Source: Nanobdellota archaeon
GTDB taxonomy: Archaea > Nanobdellota > Nanobdellia > Woesearchaeales > GW2011-AR4
Assembly: GCA_038046385.1 (NCBI GenBank)
Contig: JBBSWH010000016.1
Location: forward strand, 1-31,737
DNA: 31,737 nucleotides
Reading direction: 5' to 3'
The notes below the pieces were generated by a model. The model was not told the origin of the DNA, searched no databases, and saw only the letters and a list, made by a program, of their open reading frames with translations. The translations under genes were made by a program, and so were the position numbers. Below, in pieces: positions 1-10,400 of this stretch. Each line of letters starts with the position of its first letter. The first letter of the stretch is position 1.

Positions 1-17
1 CGTTGCTTTTACCTAAA

Positions 18-53
18 GGAAACTCCACCCTTTAGGGTGCGAGAGGAGGTCAT
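18..53 (+). mobile_element. Right end of an IS200/IS605-family (TnpB-type) element; rest of the element presumably upstream of the window
   Basis: GGAAACTCCACCCTTTAGGGTGCGAGAGGAGGTCAT: subterminal hairpin CTCCACCC-TTTA-GGGTG(C)GAG (23-43), then AGGAGG and a TCAn tetranucleotide. This matches the usual layout of IS605/IS1341 right ends. Sequence turns abruptly AT-rich after 53. No tnpA/tnpB is visible in the window. Confidence 0.6.
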
Positions 54-113
54 TCTAGTTTAATTGTACTTTTTCTTATCTTTTTTGCTAGCCTACTTTA
101 TTTATAAAATAAA

Positions 114-128
114 CGAAAGATTTAAATA
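114..128 (+). promoter_or_regulatory. Archaeal-type promoter: BRE (CGAAAGA) + TATA box (TTTAAATA)
   Basis: Purine-rich 7-mer directly 5' of TTTAAATA, about 50 nt upstream of the ATG at 176. Confidence 0.6.
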
Positions 129-133
129 GTAGT

Positions 134-170
134 ACACCAGTATACTAAATATCTTAAGTATAACTGGTGT
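134..170. promoter_or_regulatory. Inverted repeat, putative operator
   Basis: ACACCAGTATACT (134-146) and AGTATA(A)CTGGTGT (157-170) are reverse complements except for one extra base. The repeat spans the expected transcription start and the GGTG RBS (166-169). Confidence 0.55.
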
Positions 171-175
171 TTTAA

Positions 176-898
176 ATGGCGAAAAATAATTCGAATGATA
201 TTAGGTTGACTGATAATGATACTACAATTGATAAATATTCAGATGGAACAAATCAAAATAAACCAATCATTTATAGTAAAGAATTAACTTCCGCAAAGAG
301 AAATATAAAATTAGAGTTAAGAACGTGGAACTCTCTAAGAAATTTAAAAAAATTTAATGAAACTTTTAATGATGTTATTCTATCACTTCTAAAAGAAAGA
401 ACGGTATCTGTTGGGGGAGAAAACCTAAAGGCAATAAAATATTCACGCAAGACGGTATTCTTAGAAACAGAGTATGGGTATACACCTATCGGAGCCGAAT
501 TTGAATATAACGATGTAAAAGAAGAACACTCTAACTTTAATTTAGACTTAAAAATAAAGAAAATATTTTATGGTAAGAAGGTTATGAATCCATCAGAGTT
601 TTTTGGTGTCGATAATCTGCGAAAATCTTTTCATCATATCTATCTGAATATATACCTTAAATGTTTAGCTCTAGCACTAGAAAAGGAATTTAAAGTTCGT
701 ACAAGAATGATATTTGATAAAGATTTTGAAAATATAGCACGATGGAGGAAAATCTACTATGATCACTCCTTAAGCGAAGATTCGTTCATAAATGATATAG
801 AAGAGCCTTTAAGATTAAGTGAAGAAAGACCAGATCAAAAAATTATTGACAGTATCAAAAAATCACCTTCTAATTCTGCTTGGAACATTATAAAATGA
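176..898 (+). CDS. Protein with an archaeal VapB/CopG-like ribbon-helix-helix DNA-binding segment plus an unknown C-terminal domain (240 aa)
   Basis: KRNIKLELRTWNSLRNLKKFNETFNDVILSLLKE fits the archaeal RHH antitoxin pattern (I-x-I/L...L..LK...E[ST]F.DVI..LL). Preceded by a promoter and RBS. Confidence 0.65.
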   Translation: MAKNNSNDIRLTDNDTTIDKYSDGTNQNKPIIYSKELTSAKRNIKLELRTWNSLRNLKKFNETFNDVILSLLKERTVSVGGENLKAIKYSRKTVFLETEYGYTPIGAEFEYNDVKEEHSNFNLDLKIKKIFYGKKVMNPSEFFGVDNLRKSFHHIYLNIYLKCLALALEKEFKVRTRMIFDKDFENIARWRKIYYDHSLSEDSFINDIEEPLRLSEERPDQKIIDSIKKSPSNSAWNIIK

Positions 899-1488
899 AA
901 GAATTTTATTTTTCAAAGAAATATTTTAACAAATTAACCTATGATGATGTAGAATCAAATATTAGGATAATCATAAAAGAAATCCCTAGCTTGGATGTTT
1001 CTGAAGAGGATTATTCCCTTCGTGTCGAAACCCATCATGAAGAAGAGAAATTGGTTCATAGACAATATGCAATTGAACATCATTCTAAACAAGACAAGCA
1101 TAACTATCCCCACTTACAATTTAAATTCCACACTGAAGAAATTGGGACATTTTGGCTTCGTCTTGAATTTAATACCCGTGAAGACTATAAAAAAGCAATC
1201 TTGGGATTCATATACAAAATAAAAAACATCCTCGAAGATTTGGAAAGATTTAAACCTGGGATTTGTGATGATATTTTAGTATTGGATTTGGTAAACAATC
1301 TTTCAAGCGAAGGGAAGTTTCTTACCAAAAAAATTTCTGAAAGTATTGCCAAATACCGTTTGGAATTTCAAAATGATGGTATTAATAGAGAGAAAGTAAA
1401 TAATCTTAACAAAAATCACCTACTAATAGATTTCTTAGGCAAAGATAATGTTGCTAAAGTTTTTGAATCATATAATAAGAAAAAATAA
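895..1488 (+). CDS. Hypothetical protein with a His-rich motif (possible metal-dependent enzyme or toxin partner)
   Basis: Long ORF. The ATG at 895 overlaps the upstream TGA (ATGA), so it is preferred to the TTG at 880. Motif IEHHSKQDKHNYPHLQFKFH. Confidence 0.7.
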   Translation: MKEFYFSKKYFNKLTYDDVESNIRIIIKEIPSLDVSEEDYSLRVETHHEEEKLVHRQYAIEHHSKQDKHNYPHLQFKFHTEEIGTFWLRLEFNTREDYKKAILGFIYKIKNILEDLERFKPGICDDILVLDLVNNLSSEGKFLTKKISESIAKYRLEFQNDGINREKVNNLNKNHLLIDFLGKDNVAKVFESYNKKK

Positions 1489-1498
1489 TTTTTTAATG

Positions 1499-1726
1499 TC
1501 AGTAAAAAGGATACCTTCTAGAAGTATACTTATCAATTATAATAAAAAAGGGGCGCAAACTGCCGCGCCCTTCAAAGGAACACGGCAGCTGCGCAAATTG
1601 GGTCAAACCAAAAAATGTAAAAAATTTGGGAAATTTTTTATCATGCTCAAGAACCAATGGAATATCTTGCGATAAGCAAAATTCAAATATTCCATTAATT
1701 TGGTTCTTGACATGTGATTCTGTCAT
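1499..1726 (-). CDS. Possible small ORF or gene relic (75 aa)
   Basis: ATGA overlap with the stop of the 717-aa gene and a GGAG upstream. It runs through the putative terminator and has no clear motif. Confidence 0.2.
   Translation of the reverse strand: MTESHVKNQINGIFEFCLSQDIPLVLEHDKKFPKFFTFFGLTQFAQLPCSFEGRGSLRPFFIIIDKYTSRRYPFY
1544..1572 (-). terminator. GC hairpin followed by a U-tract, downstream of the giant-protein operon
   Basis: Minus strand reads AAGGGCGC-GGCAGTTT-GCGCCCCTTTTTT and lies between convergent genes. Confidence 0.45.
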
Positions 1727-2298
1727 GTCAGCTCCACGTAAAATGAAACAGTGTTGTCGTTGTCTGGAATGCGGTATGATTTCAGCCTTGCAGGAACCCT
1801 TACCTCATAGCTGTAATGCCCGTAAAATCCGGCTTTTCTTCCGCTTATTTTTGTGATAAACACTAAATCCTCTTTTTCTGCTGCGTCATATTCTTCATCA
1901 GAAGAATCAGACGAGTCCCACAGCACTCCCGTTATAAAATTTGATGAGTTTGTGGAATTTACAAAAGAAACATTCTCTATAATGCGCGAGGATACTGTAA
2001 AATTTTCAAAATCTCTCGCCGCGCCGTTCAGAGTGTATGTCTTGTTTATTGAATCATTGAGGTTTGTTGTTCCAAACAGCAAATCTATGTCCTCCCAGTC
2101 ATTTGATATTGTATTCAGCGACTTGTCTTTTCCTATTGCCAGAAGCGACGGCCATGAGATTCCGTTTTTTGTGTCGCTGTCAGTGGCGTAAATGTTGCCG
2201 TTAAGGTCAGTGGAGTTGGCCCACGCCATCATGCTTATGTTGTTGCGGGTTCCAAGCACTATATTTGAGAATATGTTGCCGTAGAATACATGGTACTG
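1723..2298 (-). repeat. C-terminal ~190-aa domain, copy in the 717-aa protein
   Basis: Aligns with 3873-4437: GNI..DSD...W, NSTN.SNFITG.LWD.SD, G.YG.Y..EV.VPARL..Y..P.NDN.V.FYVEL. Confidence 0.9.
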
Positions 2299-3876
2299 GA
2301 CAACAACTATGAACGTCTGCACATCAGTCGCATTGAAATTATTGAATGTGTCGTTGGCATAAAACACCCACCCCACCACTATATTTGGAGATGAATTCAC
2401 CTGAAAAGTCGTGTTTGACTCGTTTGCAGATCCTGAAAATTCAACGCCTGACAGGTTAATCCAGATGCCGCTTGAATTTGTCGAGAAAATATATGCGCTT
2501 AAATTAAGGTCATCATTCCAGCTTGCATTGAATCTTACAAAATCCGACTGCTCCACAAAAGTGCTGTTCTTTTCCGGGTTTTGCCATCTTGGCGGCTGCC
2601 AGTCGGTTATGTTGCATGTAACAATAAGGATATCTTTATCAGAATCCTCTGTTGAATTCACTGAGAAATTTGCGTAAAACGCCCCTATATCAGAAGTTGT
2701 GCAGTTGAACAGGACATCAATATGGGTGTCGTTTATGTCCTGCATTGTGAAATTGCTTGTTATCCTGCCGCAGTCACCCTCGAAACAGCTTGCATTCACA
2801 AAAGTGTTGTTGAGATATCCGAAAATTCTTGCAGATGAAGCAGAATTGTTCTTAAGGTAGCCCCCGTTCAGATTCAGGCTGCTGCGGTTCCATGCAACCC
2901 CTCCGACTCCAAACCCTTTTAATCCTGTAGAGGCCCAGTTTCCGTCGCTGTCGTTTGCATTAAACACATATCCGACTGCCCTTCCCGGAGGAACAGTCAC
3001 GCTCATATTTACTGTGTAGTTCACAGATGTCTGGCCGGAAAGCACAGAAGTGTTTGAAACATTAATCCACGCACCATTCGAAGTTGCATTCCATGAAAAT
3101 ATTACCATGCTCATCTCATTTTCATCTGTCGCATTGGCGCTTATCTGCACGGTTTCAAACTGGTAGATTCTGGAGTCGTTTATTGCAGCCTGTGAATTCT
3201 GCGGGAAAAATTCAGGCGGCGGCGTGTTGTAAGATACATTATAGAAAAGCGCATCAAGATTGAAGCTTGCGGTGTCAGTTACTGCTGTGCCGCTTGTTGA
3301 ATAATTAAAGACAGCATAAGCCCTGCTTCCTGCTTCTGCTCCGAAGAAATTTGCGCACTCCCATCTCTTGCTTGAAGTAACATCCTGGCACACAAGCCCG
3401 CTGTCTTCCCCCTGCGATGATGCGCATGAACTATCGGCAAGAGTATAATTTGTTCCGTTTTGGTTGTCAGTGTAAACTTCGCACACAGCAGCAGCGCCGG
3501 CAAGCGCCGTATTTACCCAGTTGAAGCACAGCCTGACGCTAATTATTGACGAGCAATCATTAAGGCTCGAATTAAAATAAGTTGAATTCCAGAAATGCCG
3601 TTTTGGATTTGATGTGCCTGTCACAAGGCTCCCTGTTTCAACAAAATCATCATCGCATGAAATCCTGTCGTTGTTTGGCGCAGAATTTCCGCATGGGCTT
3701 GGATAAGTGCCGTCGCAGCTCACGAGAGAAGAACTATCAACATCAAGCTTGTAGCATTCCTGGGCCATCAGTTTTTTCTGCCCGTTAGGGGCAGCAGTCT
3801 GAACTGCAAATGCTACAATAAAGATAAGCGCTGCGGCAATTGCCCAGATTATTGGTTTTAATTTTGCCGTTTTCAT
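1723..3876 (-). CDS. Secreted/surface glycoprotein (717 aa): Cys-rich N-domain, Ig-like repeats, C-terminal FYVEL domain
   Basis: Signal-like N-terminus MKTAKLKPIIWAIAAALIFIVAFA. Ten Cys in the first ~180 aa. Two related repeats (IFSxN...G.WIN.S...VG.VF.AND). Many N-x-S/T sequons. ATGA overlap with the giant gene. Confidence 0.85.
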   Translation of the reverse strand: MKTAKLKPIIWAIAAALIFIVAFAVQTAAPNGQKKLMAQECYKLDVDSSSLVSCDGTYPSPCGNSAPNNDRISCDDDFVETGSLVTGTSNPKRHFWNSTYFNSSLNDCSSIISVRLCFNWVNTALAGAAAVCEVYTDNQNGTNYTLADSSCASSQGEDSGLVCQDVTSSKRWECANFFGAEAGSRAYAVFNYSTSGTAVTDTASFNLDALFYNVSYNTPPPEFFPQNSQAAINDSRIYQFETVQISANATDENEMSMVIFSWNATSNGAWINVSNTSVLSGQTSVNYTVNMSVTVPPGRAVGYVFNANDSDGNWASTGLKGFGVGGVAWNRSSLNLNGGYLKNNSASSARIFGYLNNTFVNASCFEGDCGRITSNFTMQDINDTHIDVLFNCTTSDIGAFYANFSVNSTEDSDKDILIVTCNITDWQPPRWQNPEKNSTFVEQSDFVRFNASWNDDLNLSAYIFSTNSSGIWINLSGVEFSGSANESNTTFQVNSSPNIVVGWVFYANDTFNNFNATDVQTFIVVVQYHVFYGNIFSNIVLGTRNNISMMAWANSTDLNGNIYATDSDTKNGISWPSLLAIGKDKSLNTISNDWEDIDLLFGTTNLNDSINKTYTLNGAARDFENFTVSSRIIENVSFVNSTNSSNFITGVLWDSSDSSDEEYDAAEKEDLVFITKISGRKAGFYGHYSYEVRVPARLKSYRIPDNDNTVSFYVELT

Positions 3877-4437
3877 CTTAGCTCCACGTAGAACGTAACT
3901 GAATTGTCATTATTTGGCCTGATGTACTCCCTTAATCTTGCAGGCACTTTTACTTCAAAGTCATAGAACCCGTATTTTCCGTCTTTCAGCCGGTTTATTT
4001 GCGAAACAAATATCACGTCCTGGCTTCCGTTGAACTCTCCTGGATTAGCATCACTCTTGTCCCATAATATTCCGGTAATGAAATTTGAATTGTTGGTGCT
4101 GTTTGCAGTAGGGGTATTATTTATTGCCTGGGCAAATATGATCTGGGTTTGGACATCTTTTGGCCTGTTATTGAAAGTAAAAGTCCTGTTCAGTGAATCA
4201 GTCAAATTGGTCATGTTCATTGCAAGATCTAAATCTTCAAAGTCGTTTGTCACATTTCCGTCTGTAACATTGACACCCAGTGCAGAAATATTGGTCCAGA
4301 TTACATTGCTGTCAGAATCAACCACGAATATGTTTCCGGCTGTTGCATTGCTGACATCCCAACTGTATATTGTCTGGTTCGAAAGTCCGGCTATTATCAG
4401 GCTCCCAGTCAGGTTTCCGGTTACTGTGTTGTATGCG
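3873..4437 (-). repeat. C-terminal ~190-aa domain, copy in the giant protein
   Basis: Paralog of 1723-2298 with the same motifs. Confidence 0.9.
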
Positions 4438-7400
4438 CTTACATTCAGGCTTTTGTTAGCCTTATTGTTGATTTCAATAAGCTCAGTTATCCTGCTGTCC
4501 CTGTCAATCTGCACGAAAACATTTGTCGTTCCGATTCCGAAGCCCCAGCTTAAGTTGATAACCCTATATTCCCCTATGCCCAGGTTTAATGTGAAATTGG
4601 AGCCTATCTGAATGCCGTTGGCATCAGGATCTCCGTCGAATATTTGCGCTATGAAATTCAGCGCAGGGCCTCTTCCAATGTTGGTTATGTTTGCAAATAC
4701 CGTTATGTTTATGTTTTCTTCAATTTCAGAGTCATTGAAATATATATCAGATGAAGATATCTCCAGGTCCGGCGGCGTTATGTTGAAATAAAACACACTG
4801 CTTGTGAAAATGTTTGTTGCATTGTCCTTGCAGGTAACGCTCCAGTTATGGAATCCCGTATTAAACCCGGAAACTGATTTTGAAGTGTTTTTTGTAGAGT
4901 TTGCGGCAAACCCTGAAATATTAACCACACTGTCTATTGTCAGGTTGCATACGAGCTCATCGTCAAGATTGTCCGTTGCATTAAAAAAGAACACAAGGTC
5001 AAGGATGCTAAGGTTTGATTCGTTAAGCGGGCCAAGAAGGGTGATATTCGGCAGCGCAGTATCTATAATTATTGTAAGGTTTGTGCTGTTTCTTAAATTG
5101 TATGCGTCATCGTACGTTTCTATTATTATTCTGTGCGTTCCGTTTTGCAGCGCTGATATATTTCTTGCTATTGCTGTGCCGTTAACAGCATAGCTTAAGT
5201 TTTCAAGAACGCCGTCGGCATAAACAGTGTAATTCAAAACTCTGTCAAAATTATCTGTTATGTTGAAATATATGTCAGGCGTCGGGTCGCTGTACCATGT
5301 GCCGTTGTTTGTTATGAAAGTAATATTCGGGGCAGTGAAATCAACATAAAGGACTCTTAGCGTATCGTTTGTTCCTGTGTTTCCGACGCTGTCTGTGCAG
5401 TTTATCGTCCATTCATACTTGTTTTCTTCAAGGTTTGTTGCAGTAATATTATTTGATACTCCTTTTGTTATCGTGTAATTTGTCTTGTTGATTCTTCCGT
5501 TAAGCACAAGCGAGCAGTTGCTTATCACGAGCAGCGCATCGTTTGGAATGTAAGAGAATTCTACAGTTGACGACCCATTGAATGAATTGTTTAAAGGCCT
5601 GTCTAGCAGTATCGTAGGCACAGTCGTGTCAACTGTGAAGTTTCTCGTCAGGCTTGTGTTGAAATTGCCTGCATTGTCCTCGCATGTCACATTCCATAAA
5701 TGATATCCCTCTGAAAGCTCGGAGTAAGTTACGTTTGTTCTTGTGTTGTTGGTTGCATTAATCTCTTGCACAACAATTGCGCCGTCGAGTGTGAGGTTGC
5801 AGTTCAGATAAAGGTCCATGTTGTCGTTTGCAGTGAAGTTGAACTGCAGCGACGACAATGTTGTGTTGAACCTGTCGTGCGGGAACACAAGCGTCACGTT
5901 TGGATAGCTTCTGTCCACCCTGAACCTGTTATAGCTCGTCCTGTTGTTTCCAACCTCGTCGATAGCAAACACAGTTATATTGTATTCTCCATTCGGGAAC
6001 ATCGTCTCGTTTGACAGGTTTATCTGGTCAAAGAACGAGAAGCTCGTCGAGAAAATTGATGCATTCAGCCCATTAAGCACAAATTCATCAGTTGAGTTTG
6101 TTATATTCCATCCAGCCACAGTAAGGTTTCTGTTCTGTATGGATATATTGAGGCTGAAATTTCTGTTGAAATCTTCCCCGTTCGGAACATAGAATGTTAT
6201 GCTCGGCCTCTTGTTATCGACGATAAATCTTACAACCGCTGTTGCTGTGTTATTGAGCGTGTCATTTGCGGTAACTGACAAATTGACAATCATAAACTCA
6301 ACAGATTCGTCTATGTCTATTGTGGAATTCCAAAGGTCATCAAACCCTGTTGAAGCATTAAGAGTTCCGTTCTTGTAATAAATGTAAGAATCGTTGAATA
6401 TGCTGTACCTTACGTTGCTTATTCCGACTCCGGAATCAGCAACATCCGCAAGTATGCTTATCAGATAGCCGTACGGATGGCCTTCAACCGGATTACTTAT
6501 TGTTATAACCGGAGGCGCTGTATCAATTGTTATGTTTATGAAAGTTGAATTTGCCTTGTTGCCTGCAAGGTCAGTCGCTTCCAGTATGACTCTTCTGAAC
6601 CCGTCGGTTAAAGACGACAGATTATCGAATCTGATGATTCCGTTTGATGCATTGCCTGCCTTATTAAAGGAATTTTCAACGTAGAATGTGTAGTTTATCA
6701 GATTGGCCAGGTTGTCTGTTATGTTGAACCTGATTTCAGGAGTTGCATCGCTGAAATTAGTGTTGTTTAATGTCATTATGCTTGGGAACGGCGCAGCAGT
6801 GTCGACAAATATTATTATGAAAGAAGAATTCCTTCTGTTGCCTGCCTCGTCGAGAGCTTCAATGTTTAGCGTATAGTTTCCGTCTCCAAGCAGCGATATG
6901 TTAAATGAGGATAAAGTTCCGTTCTGCGTCAGGTTTGTAAGGTTTCTTGTATTGTTTACATAAAGCGTGTAGTTTATTACAGCATCCATGTTGTCTGTTA
7001 TGTTAAAGAATATCTCCGGCGTATTATCCCTGAACCACGAATTGTTTGCCGTTATGAAATTAGTTACAGGTGCTGTCAGGTCAACATTTATGTAAAGCGT
7101 TGTGCTGTTTTTCTTCCTGAACAATCCGGAATCTTTTCCCTGTATATCTATCCTGGGCCCGTTTGCCTCGACAACAACAAGATTAATCCCTTCGCTCAGG
7201 TTAAGCTCGGCAACTCCGCTTGAGTTATCCGTTATGTTTGCCGTCCTGTTGAAAATCCCGTTTGAATAAACTGTGAAATTCAGCGTGCTGTTTGTAAAAT
7301 CATAAATGCTGAAATTGATTATGCTTGATTGGGCTCTTGTCCAGCTGTCGTTTAGCGGGCTGTTTATTTCCGACAGAAGCAAAGTCAGGTTGTTTGTTGC

Positions 7401-10400
7401 GTTGTTGTTGCTTTTGCTTAACTCAGCTCTTGCGTAATCGACAACAACAAATATGCTGTGGAAATTTCTGGTTGCATTGAAGGTCGCGTTTACTGTTGTG
7501 TTTCTTCCGAAGTTGAGAGTTTCAACTGTCACGTTTCCAAACAATGCAAGCTGGTCGTAGAACTGCACAGTGAAATTGTTCGCAGCCACTCCTCCTATGT
7601 TGAATATTGTTGCATTGACCCCTATAGGCTCATTTTCATATGGGTTTGTGCTGTTGAAAGTTATATTGCCGGAAGTGATTGCGACATCAGGAGAGTTGAC
7701 TATAAAAGTTCCAACTGCGCTTGAGTTTGTGTTGTTAAGGTTATCATAGCATGTCACGTTCCACCTGTGCTGCCCCTGGGTGAGGTTTTCAATTACAGTA
7801 ACATTGTCAGAGCCGCTTATTGCCCGTATGCCGCTTACATTAACGCTTCCATCAAGCGAGAGGTTGCATGTTATGCCTGTTGAAAGTCCAAACTGGTCAG
7901 TCGGGGTAAAATTAAATGTGATGTCGTCTGTGTTGAATGACTGGCCTTCAGTTGGCAGGTTAAGCGTTATCGACGGGCCGAGCAAGTCAACAAATAAAAT
8001 GAAGCTGGTCAGGTTGGTCCCGGTGTTCCCTCTTGGGTCAGTGCAGTTCACAGTCCAGTTGTACTGGTTATGCTCGAGGTTTGTTACAGTAAGGTTGTTT
8101 TCCAGCCTGTTTCTTATTGTCGAGTTTGTAACATTAATCGCATTATTCAGCACAAGGGTGCAGTTGGAAATATTTCCTGAATTGTCAAGCGGGGTAAATG
8201 TAAAATTCCTGTTCTGCACTCTGTCCCTTGTGTAATTAATTGGGAAAAGAAGGCTTATGGAAGGGGCTTCACTCACGCTGAATGTCCTTGTCAGGCTGCT
8301 GTTGGTATTATTGGCGCCGTCATAGCATGTCGCGTTCCATCCAAACACGCCGTCATTAAATCCCGACGCATTGTACATAAACAGTGAGGCGTTTGGAACA
8401 GTCAAAATTTGTGAATTGTTTACTGTCTTGTTTATTGAAAGGTTGCAAGACAATGAAGATGCAAAATTATCTCTTGCAGTAAAGTTAAGCTGCACATTGC
8501 TGAATGTTGATGCAAATCCGCTTGCAGGATTCAGCAGCGTTACGTTTGGCGGGCTGAAGTCTACATAAACATTCCTTGTTGGAGAAGGCCCGATATTGCT
8601 GTTTGAGTCGGTGCAGTTTACAGCCCATTGCACAAGGCTCTCTGACCTGTTCTCTAGCCTGAATATATTTGATGTTCCGCTTGTCGGGCTTGTGTTGGTC
8701 TGGTTTGTAACTCCGTTTATGATGAGCCTGCATGATACAAGGCTTAAATCATTTGGTGTATAATACAGGGTTAAGTTGTTTATCGGGGACAATGTGTTGT
8801 TGTCCGGGTTGTCAAGTGTAACTGTTGGCGGCCCAAGGTCAACTGTAAACTGCCTTGCCAGGCTTATATTTGTATTTCCTGCGTCATCAGAGCATGTCAC
8901 ATTCCATGCGTGGACTGCCTGCGACACTACTATCGTAACATTTGTAAGCGTGCCGTTTGTCGCGTTCACAAACGCAGATGCCACTCCGTCAATGTTGACG
9001 CTGCAGTTTGTTATGTTATCAAAGTTATCAAAGGCAGTAAAATTAAAATGAACATCAGTGTGGTTAAATGTCTCTCCGTTTTGCGGGCCTGTCAGGTTTA
9101 TGCCGGGCTCGACAAGATCTACTGTTATATTTTTGAGGCCGCTTGCTCCGATGTTGCCGGCCCCATCAGTGCAGTTCACGCTCCAGTTGTAGAATCCTTC
9201 TGTCAGATTGAAAACTTTTATGCTGTTCTGTGCGTTGTTTGTTATTGAATAATTTGTTGTGTTCAGCCTGCCGTTTATGATGATTGTGCAGTTTGCAATG
9301 GAATTTGTTTCAGTTACATTGAAAACAAAAGTTATATTTGCAGTGTTAGTAAACCCGGTTGGGCTGATGGATGTTACATTTGGCTTTGTGACGTCGCCTG
9401 AAACGACAAACACGAAGAAGTCTGCCCCGAGCCTGTACAGTGTTTTATTTGCTATGGCTGTTGCAGTGTAATTTCCAGGAGCCTGATTAATTGTGCTCCA
9501 GTTGAATGAAAACAATCCTGCAGAATCTGTTATGCTTGCTGTGTCGTTGACAAGCTTTTCTGCTTTTTTCCTGGTTACATTTAATGGGAAATCTGCGTAA
9601 TCCTTCAGGTCAAGCGCCCTTTTCCATGTCCTGTTGCTTGACATAACCATATAGGTAGTCAAAGAATAAGTATCGCTGGCAGAAATTGTCTGGTCAGAAT
9701 TAAGATTAAATCCGACTCCGTCAGATTCTGTTGTTTTTGGTTCAGGGATATTCCAATAGTCATCGAATGAGATTATTCCCTTTGTGCCTGATGCGCCATT
9801 AAGCAGGAAGTTTTTCACATAGAGGTTGACCGAACCTTTCTGCCCGTTGAATTCAGAATACCATTCAGCATCATTAAACTGGTTGGTGGTATCTGACAGT
9901 GAAGTTGGCAGGTGATACCTGTGCACGCCGTCAAATGAGGTTGAGTTTACAAATCTTACGTAGCTGCTCCAGTCGCTTTCATAGTCGAAAAGATAGGCAA
10001 ACCACAGGTTGTTGAAGAGGCTCTGGGGATCATTTACAGCCTGGTTGAACTTTACAGACAGATCAGCCTTGACAAACACTTCATCATCGCCAAACCATAT
10101 TGTGTAATTGACTTCTGCATTGGTGCCGGATGTTCCGTTCAGGTAGCCGGGAATTCTTATTTTTGTATACACTGGGCCTGAAGTTATGTTTGCAGTTCCG
10201 TTTTGGGTCAGGTAATAATTGTCGTATATTGCAACCGGAATTATGCTGTCATAGTAATTGGACAGCTGCGTTCCGTCAACTGTCATGTTCCATATGCTTC
10301 CGGCTCCCTGATAATTTATGTTCTGCTGGTTGCTTATATCCTGTCCATCTGCAAACTGAATAGACAGCGATTCTGTTGCTTTTGATATCGAAGCATAATT

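Noticed and set aside
1523-1530. Second AGTATACT palindrome, same as 139-146
   Set aside because: An 8-bp AT-rich palindrome lacking the flanking ACACC arm; insufficient evidence for an operator.
995-1856. + strand ORFs at 995, 1448 and 1626
   Set aside because: They overlap better genes or the terminator and have no recognisable product.
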